A DNA stretch of 64,000 nucleotides from Klebsiella pneumoniae (GTDB taxonomy: Bacteria > Pseudomonadota > Gammaproteobacteria > Pseudomonadales > UBA5518), in the NCBI GenBank assembly GCA_945862145.1, contig CAMAXE010000001.1, forward strand, positions 388,295 through 452,294, written 5' to 3'. Numbering within the stretch: position 1 is the first letter of the stretch; each line of letters begins with the position of its first letter. The translations under genes were made by a program, and so were the position numbers. Below are positions 45,978 to 55,420 of this stretch, piece after piece. The notes beneath the pieces are model-generated. The model was not told the origin of the DNA and searched no databases. It was given only the letters and a program-made list of their open reading frames with translations.

Positions 45978-47192
45978 ATGCGTGGTCGCCGCTGGGGATT
46001 TTTACTGCTGCTGGTTCTGCTGCTGCCGGCTTCGTTGCAGGCAGCACCCGCGGGCGCTCCAATCACGCGCGATCACTACGGCGTGCTGTTCACCGCCTGG
46101 GTCCGCGCGGGGGATCCACTCGCAACCGTGCGGATACGCCTGACGCAGAACCCGAGCGCGGTGCGCTGGATGCGGCTCTCGGCGCCAGCCGCGAAATACA
46201 CGGCCATCAAGGGCAGCGGCAGCATCACCCGCGAGGGCGACTGGGTCATCTGGCGGCCAGCCGGCGCCAAACCCTGGCTGCAGTACGTGGTGAACCTCGA
46301 GAGCAAGCGCGAGTCCGGGCGTTTCGACGGGGTGGTCACGCCTGACTTTGCAATTTTTCGTGGCGATGACCTGGTGCCCCCGGTGCACCTCGACATGGCC
46401 GACAACACGCAATCCGAGTCCAAACTCGCGCTGAACCTGCCCTATGGCTGGAGGGCAGTTACGCCCTTTCCAGCCTACAAAAGCGGCCGGCTCCAGGTGC
46501 AGAATCCGCAACGGCTCTTCGACCGCCCCACGGGCTGGTTCGCGCTCGGCAAACTCGGCGTGCGACGTGAGCGGATCGGCGAGACCCGGCTCACTATCGC
46601 CGCGCCCACCGGCCAGGGCGTTCACCGGATGGACATGCTGGCGTTCTTCCGCTGGACACTGCCCACGATGCAGCGGATCTTTCCCTCCTTTCCGCCACGC
46701 TTGGTGGTAGTGAGCGCCGGCGACCCCATGTGGCGCGGTGCGCTGTCGGGCCCGGACAGTCTCTTTGTCCATGCCGATCGCCCGCTGATCAGCGAGAACG
46801 GGACCAGCACATTCCTTCACGAGCTCGTACACGTGGCGATGCGCGCCCGCAGCCGCCCGGACTCGGACTGGATCGTCGAGGGTCTCGCCGAGTACTACTC
46901 GCTGGAGGTGCTGCACCGCGCCGGGGCGCTTGACGACGCGCGCGTCGAGAAAGCCCACGCCGCGCTCGCACTGTGGGGCAAGGATGCGCCCATTCTGGAG
47001 ACACCCCACGCCACGGGTCCGGTAACGGCAAAGGCCGTCGGGGTGCTGCGGCAGATGGACCGCGACATACGCCAGGCGAGCGGCGGCAAGCGGAGCCTGG
47101 ACGACGTGGCCCGCGCGCTGGCCGCAGAGGATTCGGCCATCACCCGTGCTCGCTTCGATGCGCTGGTCAGCAGCGCCAAAAAAGGCCACTAA
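45978..47192 (+). CDS. putative secreted zinc metalloprotease (HExxH...E, gluzincin-like)
   Basis: The ATG at 45978 is preceded by AGGGAGGAGG. The signal peptide is MRGRRWGFLLLLVLLLPASLQA. FLHELVHVAM is followed 16 residues later by EGLAEYY. The family assignment is tentative. Confidence 0.55.
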   Translation: MRGRRWGFLLLLVLLLPASLQAAPAGAPITRDHYGVLFTAWVRAGDPLATVRIRLTQNPSAVRWMRLSAPAAKYTAIKGSGSITREGDWVIWRPAGAKPWLQYVVNLESKRESGRFDGVVTPDFAIFRGDDLVPPVHLDMADNTQSESKLALNLPYGWRAVTPFPAYKSGRLQVQNPQRLFDRPTGWFALGKLGVRRERIGETRLTIAAPTGQGVHRMDMLAFFRWTLPTMQRIFPSFPPRLVVVSAGDPMWRGALSGPDSLFVHADRPLISENGTSTFLHELVHVAMRARSRPDSDWIVEGLAEYYSLEVLHRAGALDDARVEKAHAALALWGKDAPILETPHATGPVTAKAVGVLRQMDRDIRQASGGKRSLDDVARALAAEDSAITRARFDALVSSAKKGH

Positions 47193-48367
47193 TCAAGGCC
47201 GAGTTCCCGCAGTATCTCGGCCGTGTGCTGGCCCGGCGCAGGCGCGGGACCGGCGGCGCGCTTGGGCGCGCCCGCCATGAAGATCGGGCTGTTCACGGTG
47301 TGCGTGGCGCGCCCCAGAGGTTGCTCCAGCGGCAGCAGGCCCTCGTTCAGCAATACCTGCGGGTCCGTGATGACCTCGTCCAGCGTGCTCACTGAAATCA
47401 GGTCAATACCGCGCTCCAGCATCACCGCCTGCCAGTGGGCCCAGTCCTGCGTCACGATCTCCGTGTCGAGTAAGGCAATGAGCGCAGCGGCATTGGCGCG
47501 ACGATCCGCAGTCAGCATGAACCGGGGATCCTCGCCAAGCACGTCCAGCCCTACTGCACGCGCGAAGCGGAGCCAGTCTCGCTCCTCGTCGAAAAGCCAG
47601 GGATAAAACCAGTGCCCATCGCGGGTTTCGTAGGGAATGGCGAGCGCGTTGTCCATAGCATGACGCGGCGTCTCGAGCGTCACCTCGGCACCCGCGAGCC
47701 GCGCCGCCAGCGGGATCGCGTTCGCCCACAGGCCATTGGCCAGCAGCGAACTGTGGACCTTGCCACCCTGCCCGGTCCGCTCGCGGTTATACAGGCCGAG
47801 CATCACGGCGCCGAACATCGACATCGAACTCGCGTGATCACCCCAGCCGAGGATGCCGCCGGCGGGCGGCGCGTCCCGGTAGCGCATGCGGTCCATCATC
47901 CCCGAGCGCGCCCACCAACCCGTGCGGTCGAACGCAGCGAGATTGGCGTGGGGACCCTGCTCGCCATAACCGCTGAGCTGCCCGTAGACCAGCCGCGGGT
48001 TGTGGATCGAGAGGTCCTCCCAGCGCAGCCGGAGTTTCGCCAGCACGGCAGGCGGGAAATTGGTCAGGAAAACGTCGGCTGTGCGCACCAGGGCCACGAG
48101 CGCTTGGTAGGCCTCTTCGTCTTTGAGGTCGAGCATCACGCTTTTCTTGTTGCGCGCCGTGAGCTGCCAGGGGTAGTTCTCGGAGGACTGCGGGAATCCC
48201 GGCACGAACTGCGCGCACCAGCGGTAGGTGTCACCACCGGGTGGCGGTTCGATCTTGATCACCTCGGCACCGAAATCACCGAGCACGGTTGCCGCCGCCG
48301 GCGCCGCGACCCAGGACCCGCAATCGATAACGCGCATTCCCTCGAGCAGCATCCCCATGCCCTCCAC
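47189..48367 (-). CDS. CaiB/BaiF family (class III) CoA-transferase
   Basis: 392-aa ORF. LEGMRVIDCGSWVAAPAAATVLGDFGAEVIKIEPP is the canonical family III CoA-transferase N-terminus. Confidence 0.85.
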   Translation of the reverse strand: MEGMGMLLEGMRVIDCGSWVAAPAAATVLGDFGAEVIKIEPPPGGDTYRWCAQFVPGFPQSSENYPWQLTARNKKSVMLDLKDEEAYQALVALVRTADVFLTNFPPAVLAKLRLRWEDLSIHNPRLVYGQLSGYGEQGPHANLAAFDRTGWWARSGMMDRMRYRDAPPAGGILGWGDHASSMSMFGAVMLGLYNRERTGQGGKVHSSLLANGLWANAIPLAARLAGAEVTLETPRHAMDNALAIPYETRDGHWFYPWLFDEERDWLRFARAVGLDVLGEDPRFMLTADRRANAAALIALLDTEIVTQDWAHWQAVMLERGIDLISVSTLDEVITDPQVLLNEGLLPLEQPLGRATHTVNSPIFMAGAPKRAAGPAPAPGQHTAEILRELGLD

Positions 48368-48494
48368 TCCGGCAGGAACCTCGACCGGCTCATCATAGCC
48401 AGGAACCCCACGAGGCCGCTTAACAAAGGTTAATGGCGGGCAGATGGAGCACGTCGCGTGACTTGCCCCAGAATGGCAAACCTTTCGACACCCG

Positions 48495-50123
48495 GTGCTC
48501 CGCGTGCCCGTTGATCCGCGCGACCCTGCCGATGAATACGACTACGTGATCGTGGGCGCTGGCTCCGCGGGCTGTGCGCTCGCAGCGCGCCTGACACGCG
48601 AGGCGAGCCGGCGCGTGCTGCTCCTCGAGGCCGGCGGCATGGACCGCCACCCGATGATCCATGTGCCACTCGGCTTTGCCTTCCTCATGAAGGACAAGAA
48701 CGTCAACTGGTGCTATCGGACCGAGCCCGAAGCTGAACTCAACTACCGCCGCATCGACTGGCCGCGCGGCAAGGTGGTCGGCGGCAGCAGCGCCATCAAC
48801 GGCATGGTCTATATCCGTGGCCAACGCGAGGACTATGCGGCGTGGGCCGCGGCGGGGAATCCGGGCTGGTCCTTCGCCGAACTGCTGCCCTATTTCATCC
48901 GCACCGAGCACAACACCCGCGGCGAGAGCGAACTGCACGGCACGGGTGGCGGCGTCTGGGTCGATGAGGTAGGGCCTCATCTCGAGGCCACCGACCTCTT
49001 CATCCAGGCCGGCGTTAGCGCAGGCCTCCCGCATAATCCCGATTTCAACGGGCCCACGCAGGAGGGCATCGGGCGTTACCAGGTAAACGTGCGACGTGGC
49101 ATGCGCCAGACCGCTGCAACGCATTTCCTGAAGCCCGCACTCAGACGGGCCAACCTGCATCTGGTGACGCGTGCACTCGTGCAGGGGCTGGACCTCGACG
49201 GCCACCGTGTAACGGGGCTCCGGTACCAGCGCGGCAAGGAACTGCGCACGGTGCGTGCGAGGGGCGCGGTGGTGCTGTGCGGCGGCACGATCAACTCCCC
49301 GCAGCTGCTGGAGCTCTCGGGCATAGGTCGACCAGCGGTGCTCGAGCCCCTGGGGGTCGGCGTGCGCCATGCACTGCCGGGTGTGGGCGAAAACCTGCAG
49401 GACCACCTCACGGTGCACGTGCAGCAGGGGCTGCGCCATGCGCGAACCTTCTTTGAGGAGGCAGCACCGCTCGCACTGCTCGGCAATGTCCTGCGCTGGG
49501 CGATCCGCCGCGAGGGCCTGCTGGTACACCCGGCCTGTCAGGGCGGTGCGTTTTTCCGCTCTTCACCCGAGGCGAGCCGTCCGGATTCGCAGATCCACTT
49601 CACGCCCGCTGCTGGACGCACCGACGCCAAGGGCAACATGGTCACGGCACCCGGCGCCACTGCCACGGTCTGCCACCTGCGCCCTGAAAGTCGCGGCAGC
49701 GTGCACATCCGGTCAGTGCAACCGGACTATGCGCCCACGATCCGCGCCAACTACCTGAGCAGTGCAGCCGATCGCCGCGCCACCATCGACGCCGTACGCT
49801 GGGTCCGCGAACTCTTCGCCTCTCCGGTCTTCGACCATTTCCGCGACGCTGAAATCCGCCCGGGCCGGCACTGCCAGACGGACGCCGAGGTGCTCGAATT
49901 CATCCGCCAGGAAGCGCAGTCTGTGTACCATCCGGTTGGCACCTGCGCCATGGGGCACGACGAGCATTCCGTGGTTGACCATCGCCTGCGGGTGCACGGG
50001 CTCGAAGGCCTGCGGATCGCGGATGCCTCGATAATCCCCGCGATCATCAGCGGCAACACCCACGCACTGTGCTGCGTGATCGGCGACAAGGCCGCCGACA
50101 TGCTCGTCGAAGACGAGGCCTGA
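48495..50123 (+). CDS. GMC-family FAD oxidoreductase (choline dehydrogenase-like)
   Basis: 542-aa ORF with a GTG start. The FAD-binding YDYVIVGAGSAGCALAARLT, GMC signature 1 GKVVGGSSAINGMVYIRG and the C-terminal HPVGTCAMG are present. Confidence 0.9.
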   Translation: MLRVPVDPRDPADEYDYVIVGAGSAGCALAARLTREASRRVLLLEAGGMDRHPMIHVPLGFAFLMKDKNVNWCYRTEPEAELNYRRIDWPRGKVVGGSSAINGMVYIRGQREDYAAWAAAGNPGWSFAELLPYFIRTEHNTRGESELHGTGGGVWVDEVGPHLEATDLFIQAGVSAGLPHNPDFNGPTQEGIGRYQVNVRRGMRQTAATHFLKPALRRANLHLVTRALVQGLDLDGHRVTGLRYQRGKELRTVRARGAVVLCGGTINSPQLLELSGIGRPAVLEPLGVGVRHALPGVGENLQDHLTVHVQQGLRHARTFFEEAAPLALLGNVLRWAIRREGLLVHPACQGGAFFRSSPEASRPDSQIHFTPAAGRTDAKGNMVTAPGATATVCHLRPESRGSVHIRSVQPDYAPTIRANYLSSAADRRATIDAVRWVRELFASPVFDHFRDAEIRPGRHCQTDAEVLEFIRQEAQSVYHPVGTCAMGHDEHSVVDHRLRVHGLEGLRIADASIIPAIISGNTHALCCVIGDKAADMLVEDEA

Positions 50124-50218
50124 GGGATCAGCAGCAGCCAGTAACGCGGCATCCCCTGCCCCGCGCACCGATCGACCCCGAGCGATTTAACAGACAGCAC
50201 GACGCCCCGGAGACAGAC

Positions 50219-51679
50219 ATGACAACAGCCGCCGACCACGCTAGCGCAACCGCCACCGCGAGGCAGGAAATGCTCGCGCTGCTCGAACTGCAGCGCCGCG
50301 CCTTCCAGCTTGAGGGGCACGTCGAATACGGCACCCGCATCGACCGCCTGGACCGCGCCATAGCGCTGCTGGTCGACAACCAGCCCGCGATCTGCGCGGC
50401 GTTGACAGCAGATTACGGCTGCCGCTCGCCCTATATGACCCGTATGTCCGAGCTCATGACCTCGGTGGGCAACCTGAAGTACGTGAAAAAACACTTGAAG
50501 GCGTGGATGAAGCCCGAGAAGCGCTCCGCGCCCGTGCCGATGAACCTCTTCGGCGCCCGCGCGCAGGTCTATTACCAACCCAAAGGCGTGGTGGGCAACA
50601 TGACGCCCTGGAATATCCCCGTGGGCATGGTGTTCAGCCCCCTTGCTGACATGCTCGGGGCGGGCAATCGGGTGATGGTGAAGCCATCGGAGTTCACCCC
50701 GGTCACATCAGCGCTCACCGAGGAGCTGATCACGCGGTACTTCGACCGCACCGAGGTGGGCGTCGTCACCGGTGGCCCGGAAACCGGCGCCGCCTTCGCC
50801 TCACTGCCCTTCGATCACCTGCTCTTCACCGGCGCCACCTCGATCGGCCGCATGGTCATGCGGGCCGCGGCGGAGAACCTGACGCCGGTCACGCTGGAAC
50901 TCGGTGGCAAGTCGCCGGTGTTTGTGGGCATCAGCGCGGACATCGCCGAGGCGGCAGACAAGATCATCTCTGGCAAGGCACAGAACTCAGGCCAGCTTTG
51001 CATATCGCCCGATTACGCCTTCGTGCCGGAAGCCCGGATGGAGGCCTTCCTCGAGGCTGCCCGCCGCGTTTTCACGGCGCAGTTTCCTACCGTAATGCTC
51101 AACCCGGACTACAACTCGATGATCAACGCGCGCCACTACGAGCGCGTGCTTAGCGCCATCGAGGAAGCGCGCGGGGCCGGGGCGCGCGTGATCGAACTGA
51201 ACCCCACGCAGGAGGACTGGTCGGATCGCGCCACCCGCAAGATCCCCCTGCACATCGTGATAGATCCGCCCGAGGATTGCCGCCTGATGCAGGAGGAGAT
51301 CTTTGGGCCGGTGCTGGTCGTGCGCGGCTACCGCGACATCGAACGCAGCATCGCGTACGTGAACGCCCGCCCACGCCCCCTCGCCCTGTACTACTTCGGG
51401 CGCGACGAGGCCGAGCGCGAGCGCGTCCTGCGCCAGACGATCTCGGGCGGTGCGGCGGTGAACAACGTGCTGATGCACTTTGCCTGCGACGATCTGCCCT
51501 TCGGCGGGGTTGGCGCCAGCGGCAGCGGGCACTATCACGGCTTCGATGGCTTCCGGACCTTCAGCCACGCCAAGGCGGTCTACCGGGAAGGCTACGTCAA
51601 CTTGCCCAAGCTCGCCGGTACGCTGCCACCCTTCGGCCCCAAGCTCGCAAAAATGCTGGATTCGCAGATCAAGCGCTAG
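50219..51679 (+). CDS. NAD(P)-dependent aldehyde dehydrogenase (coniferyl-aldehyde dehydrogenase-like)
   Basis: The ATG at 50219 lies after GGAGA. LELGGKSP and the catalytic Cys context NSGQLCISPDY are present, and EEIFGPVL lies near the C-terminus. The longest-ORF start at 50069 overlaps the GMC gene and is Arg-rich. Confidence 0.9.
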   Translation: MTTAADHASATATARQEMLALLELQRRAFQLEGHVEYGTRIDRLDRAIALLVDNQPAICAALTADYGCRSPYMTRMSELMTSVGNLKYVKKHLKAWMKPEKRSAPVPMNLFGARAQVYYQPKGVVGNMTPWNIPVGMVFSPLADMLGAGNRVMVKPSEFTPVTSALTEELITRYFDRTEVGVVTGGPETGAAFASLPFDHLLFTGATSIGRMVMRAAAENLTPVTLELGGKSPVFVGISADIAEAADKIISGKAQNSGQLCISPDYAFVPEARMEAFLEAARRVFTAQFPTVMLNPDYNSMINARHYERVLSAIEEARGAGARVIELNPTQEDWSDRATRKIPLHIVIDPPEDCRLMQEEIFGPVLVVRGYRDIERSIAYVNARPRPLALYYFGRDEAERERVLRQTISGGAAVNNVLMHFACDDLPFGGVGASGSGHYHGFDGFRTFSHAKAVYREGYVNLPKLAGTLPPFGPKLAKMLDSQIKR

Positions 51680-52484
51680 CGTCGTCACCGAGCAGGAAAT
51701 TCCGCGCGAGCGGGATGAATATCTCGGGTCGCTCGGCGTGCAGCCAGTGGCCCGCGGCGGGGACGCTCTCAATGCGTGCCGTGGGGAACAGCGCCTGGAT
51801 CGGCCTGGCATGCTCTGGCAGCACATACTCCGATCGCTCACCACGCAGGAACAGTACAGGGCCCTCCCAGCGCAAATGCCCGGGGCTCGGCTGCGGCGCT
51901 GCCAGGATGTCGCCATAGCCCGCCTCGATATGCTCGCGTCCGAGCCGCCAAGCCCAAGCGCCATCGGGCAGAGGCTCGCGGTGCATGAGCAGCAGGGCCA
52001 CCAGTGCGGGATCATGAATCCGCTCCTCCAGCAAACGGGCGGTTTCACGGCGATCGGCATTGGGTCGGTCCGCCACTGCCCTGAGTGCTGCAAAAATTTC
52101 TGCGTGATGCGACGGATAAATCACGGGCGCGATGTCGGCCACCAACAGCCGGGTACAACGTGCCGGGTAGGACAGCGCAAATTGCATCGCCACCTTGCCG
52201 CCCATCGAATGCCCGAGCAGGGAAACGCTCCCGATCCCGGCGGCATCGAGCGTTGAGGCAAGATCATCGGCAAGTTCGGGGTAAGACATGCCTGCCGCAC
52301 GAAATGAGCGGCCATGGTTGCGCAAATCAGGCACGATGACGCGGCACTGCACGGCGAGCGCGCGCGCGATGGTGCCGAGGTTGCTGCCCAAGCCGAGCAA
52401 CCCGTGCAGCAGCACTACGGTATGCTCTGCGTTGCCGAAAATCCGGGTGTGGAGTGACTGGTTCACAACCCGGGATGGAATCAC
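51669..52484 (-). CDS. alpha/beta-fold hydrolase
   Basis: 271-aa ORF with the HG oxyanion region VVLLHGLLG, the nucleophile elbow GHSMGG and a C-terminal GHW catalytic His context. Confidence 0.8.
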   Translation of the reverse strand: MIPSRVVNQSLHTRIFGNAEHTVVLLHGLLGLGSNLGTIARALAVQCRVIVPDLRNHGRSFRAAGMSYPELADDLASTLDAAGIGSVSLLGHSMGGKVAMQFALSYPARCTRLLVADIAPVIYPSHHAEIFAALRAVADRPNADRRETARLLEERIHDPALVALLLMHREPLPDGAWAWRLGREHIEAGYGDILAAPQPSPGHLRWEGPVLFLRGERSEYVLPEHARPIQALFPTARIESVPAAGHWLHAERPEIFIPLARNFLLGDDASA

Positions 52485-52546
52485 GCCCCGTTCTCAGGGG
52501 CAAGCGGCATTGCTATGATCGCGCCGCACCCACAGGAAGCCTCCCC

Positions 52547-53308
52547 ATGCGAGCCTCGGTACTTATCCTTTCGCTGCTCCTCGTCCTGACCGGCTGCTCC
52601 AGTGGCGGCGGTGCGGAGGGCGGCAGCGGCGCCACGCGCGTAAAGGCTGAGTACGATCCGCGATTGGCCGACAAGGCCCAGTTCGGCAGGCTGCTGATCG
52701 CGCATGTGAACCTCGGCAAGCCGAGCCGCACCTATCTCGCTGAGCATGAGGAAAAAATCGACGCGCTGGTCGTGGAGCGTCTGCGGCAAGCCGGCTACGA
52801 GATCGAGCCCACTTCGGAGTTCGAGCAAGCCTGGCGTGAAGGCGTCCGCAAATGGGGTGAGCCCTACAACCCCACCACCGGAAAATTGAACGTCCAGGCC
52901 CTGCAGTACGTGCTGGCCGAGGCCGTGACCTGGTTGGCGGCGAATACGCAGGCCAAGGCCGTGGTGTTCACCAATCTCGAGGAGCAACAGGTCTACTTCA
53001 ACCCCTCGGGCAACCACATGGCCTACTTCATGGGCGTTGGCCGCAAACCCGCCACGCGCGGCGGCGAAGGGATCTCCGGCGACTTCAACTGGGTACAGGG
53101 TGTGGATGCCGTGAGCATCAACATCAAGGTGCTCGATCTGAAACTGCAGCAGCTCTTCAGTGGTGCCGGCGGTATCGAAGTGACCGAGACCCTGGATCTC
53201 AAGGGCTCGACCCCGCGTTGGATGCGCTCGAAGAAAATCCTGGATAGCGACAGTTTCATCGAGGAGGGCATCAATCTTGCCCTCGACCCCTGGATCAAGC
53301 CCGACTGA
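52547..53308 (+). CDS. hypothetical lipoprotein
   Basis: The ATG at 52547 lies after AGGAAG. The lipobox reads LLLVLTGC followed by a Gly/Ser-rich linker. I do not recognise a family. Confidence 0.65.
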   Translation: MRASVLILSLLLVLTGCSSGGGAEGGSGATRVKAEYDPRLADKAQFGRLLIAHVNLGKPSRTYLAEHEEKIDALVVERLRQAGYEIEPTSEFEQAWREGVRKWGEPYNPTTGKLNVQALQYVLAEAVTWLAANTQAKAVVFTNLEEQQVYFNPSGNHMAYFMGVGRKPATRGGEGISGDFNWVQGVDAVSINIKVLDLKLQQLFSGAGGIEVTETLDLKGSTPRWMRSKKILDSDSFIEEGINLALDPWIKPD

Positions 53309-53339
53309 GGCTCCGCGACCACGCCCGGGCGCGGAGCCT
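53308..53339. terminator. hairpin between convergent genes (candidate bidirectional terminator)
   Basis: 10-bp perfect inverted repeat AGGCTCCGCG (53308-53317) / CGCGGAGCCT (53330-53339) with a 12-nt loop, in the 42-bp gap between two convergent stop codons. Confidence 0.45.
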
Positions 53340-53350
53340 GCTGCCGCGCC

Positions 53351-54226
53351 TCAGAGCCGGACGATGAGTTCGGCGTACTCGTCTATCATCGGCATGACGG
53401 CCTCGGGCTTGTCCCAGAGGTCAACTGACACGCCCACGTTCACACGGTGTATACCGGCATCGCGGTAGCGCTTGAGGTCGTCGAGACCGGGGTGAGCCAT
53501 CGCCTGGATAGTGATCTTGACGGCGTCCGGATCGCGTCCGAAATCGGCGACCTGTTGGCGGAATGCCGTGACGGCAGCGCCCACATCCGGCAGCACGAAA
53601 TCAACCGGAAACCAGCCATCGGCCCACTGCGCTGCGTGACGCGTGCCCATCGGGCCCATGGCACCAAAGATAATCGGCGGACCGCCCGCCTGTAGCGGTT
53701 GCGGCTGGCACCAGACCGGATCGAAGTTCAGGTAGTCACCGTGGAACTCCGCGCGCTCATCGCTCCACAGCGCCCGCGTCGCGGCAACCGTCTCCCGCAG
53801 CAGTGCATAGCGCTTGGCCCACGGCGCGCGGTTCACATTGGCGAACTCTTCCTCGTTCCAGCCCACACCCACGCCGATTTCAACACGGCCACCCGAGAGC
53901 TGGTCGAGGGTGGCGATGGTCTTGGCCTGCGAGAACACATCGCGCTCCATCACGAGCGCGATCCCGGTACCCAGACGAAGCCGCGTGGTGGCTGCGGCCG
54001 CCGCCATCAGCGACACATAGGGATCCATCATGAACTTGTAGGGCTCGGGCAGTGTTCCGCCCCCTGGATACGGCGTCTTCATGGCACAGGGAATATGGCT
54101 GTGCTCGCCGTACCATAGCGATTCGAAACCGCGATCCTCCAGCGCACGCGCAAGCAGCGCCGGCGAGGGATCGAGCAGTGTGTTCATGGAACTGAAGCCG
54201 ATATGCATCTCGAAGTTCTCCAGCAA
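53351..54226 (-). CDS. luciferase-like monooxygenase (LLM) class oxidoreductase
   Basis: 291-aa ORF. FESLWYGEHSHIP and the LSGGRVEIGVGVGWNEEEF strings are typical of the LLM / F420-dependent oxidoreductase family. The start could instead be the Met six codons in (MHIGFSS). Confidence 0.8.
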   Translation of the reverse strand: MLENFEMHIGFSSMNTLLDPSPALLARALEDRGFESLWYGEHSHIPCAMKTPYPGGGTLPEPYKFMMDPYVSLMAAAAATTRLRLGTGIALVMERDVFSQAKTIATLDQLSGGRVEIGVGVGWNEEEFANVNRAPWAKRYALLRETVAATRALWSDERAEFHGDYLNFDPVWCQPQPLQAGGPPIIFGAMGPMGTRHAAQWADGWFPVDFVLPDVGAAVTAFRQQVADFGRDPDAVKITIQAMAHPGLDDLKRYRDAGIHRVNVGVSVDLWDKPEAVMPMIDEYAELIVRL

Positions 54227-54305
54227 CGGGTAATAGCCGCGGGATCATACGCGAGGCGACGGGCCGCAGGACTCGTCCGGACGCAGGAGAGCGCCCGGCG
54301 CAGCG

Positions 54306-54524
54306 TCAGCCGATCAGTGCCACCACGCGCAAGCCGGACTCCGAGGGTGTCGCACGGCCCGCGGCAACGGCCTCGCACACCATGCTCCGCATGACAGGGG
54401 TCCAGAACCGCTTGATGTGCGCCGCCACAGCGGCTGCGGCCGAAGCACGGTCCTCTTCCCAGGCGAAATTGGCGCAGATCTGCTCGAGCATCTGCAAGGC
54501 GTGGTCGAGTTCATGAGTGCTCAT
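54306..54524 (-). CDS. fdsD: formate dehydrogenase delta subunit (FdsD-like)
   Basis: Only the last 72 codons of the 232-aa track ORF are used (MSTHELDHALQMLEQICANFAWEEDR...HIKRFWTPVM). The size, the position after fdhD and the sequence pattern fit FdsD. The upstream part of that ORF overlaps fdhD out of frame. Confidence 0.7.
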   Translation of the reverse strand: MSTHELDHALQMLEQICANFAWEEDRASAAAAVAAHIKRFWTPVMRSMVCEAVAAGRATPSESGLRVVALIG

Positions 54525-54538
54525 CGGTCGGATCCCAT

Positions 54539-55420
54539 TCAGCAGACGAGGCGCTCTGGCGCCGAATATACGGACAATCTCCCCGGCCGCGCGAAGGCAA
54601 CAAGGGTAAGACCCGCCTCCTCGGCAAGCCGGACCGCAAGCGAGGTGGGGGCTGACACTGCCACCAGCATGCCTACGCCCGCGCGCGCGGCCTTGGTGAC
54701 CATCTCGAAACTCGCGCGGCTCGAGACCAGTACAAATCCCCCCGCAGTCGGGATTGCGCCCCGGGCGAGGGCACCGATCAGTTTGTCGAGCGCGTTGTGA
54801 CGCCCGACGTCCTCGCGGGCGATCAACAAGCGCCCATCCAGCCCAAACCAGGCCGCACCGTGTGCGCCACCCGTGCGTTCGGATAAAGGCTGCGATGCCG
54901 ACAGTAGTGCCAGCGCTCGCTCGACTGCCGCAGCCTCGACGCGGGTGCCAGCTGCCACTCGATCGACCGGGCGTATGGCCTGCTCCAGCGACTCGGCGCC
55001 ACACAGCCCGCAGCCGGTGCGCCCCGTAAGATTACGGCGCATGCTCTTCAGCGCATGCTCACGCTCTGGCGGCAGCGTCACGGCGAGTTCGAGTCCGCGT
55101 TCGCGCGGTATCAGCTCGACGTCCCGGATCTCGCTCACCGCGGCGACGATGCCCTCCGAGAGGCTGAATCCCACCGCAAAGTCCTCGAGGTCCGCCGGCG
55201 TCATCATCATCACGACATGCGAGATGCCGTTGTAGCTCACGGCAACAGGTGCTTCCTCGGCAACCGCATCGGCGCCCTCCTGCCAGGGCGCAGCACCGGG
55301 TTCCGGCCGCCCGAACAACGCAGGGAGCACCTCGGACGCTGCACCCGGCGACACCGCCGCGCTCCAGCGCCACACCGCCAGCTCGCGGGCGCAGTCGCCC
55401 GCCGCGCGCGGCTCACTCAA
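54539..55420 (-). CDS. fdhD: formate dehydrogenase accessory sulfurtransferase FdhD
   Basis: 293-aa ORF. EAPVAVSYNGISHVVMMMTPADLEDFAVGFSLSEGIV and GCGLCG are FdhD hallmarks. Confidence 0.9.
   Translation of the reverse strand: MSEPRAAGDCARELAVWRWSAAVSPGAASEVLPALFGRPEPGAAPWQEGADAVAEEAPVAVSYNGISHVVMMMTPADLEDFAVGFSLSEGIVAAVSEIRDVELIPRERGLELAVTLPPEREHALKSMRRNLTGRTGCGLCGAESLEQAIRPVDRVAAGTRVEAAAVERALALLSASQPLSERTGGAHGAAWFGLDGRLLIAREDVGRHNALDKLIGALARGAIPTAGGFVLVSSRASFEMVTKAARAGVGMLVAVSAPTSLAVRLAEEAGLTLVAFARPGRLSVYSAPERLVC

Noticed and set aside
54525-55004. This is the upstream 160 codons of the 232-aa track ORF 54306..55004.
   Set aside because: This part overlaps fdhD in another frame and is Arg/Gly/Cys/Pro-rich. 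Only the last 72 codons (from MSTHELDH) look like a real protein (FdsD).
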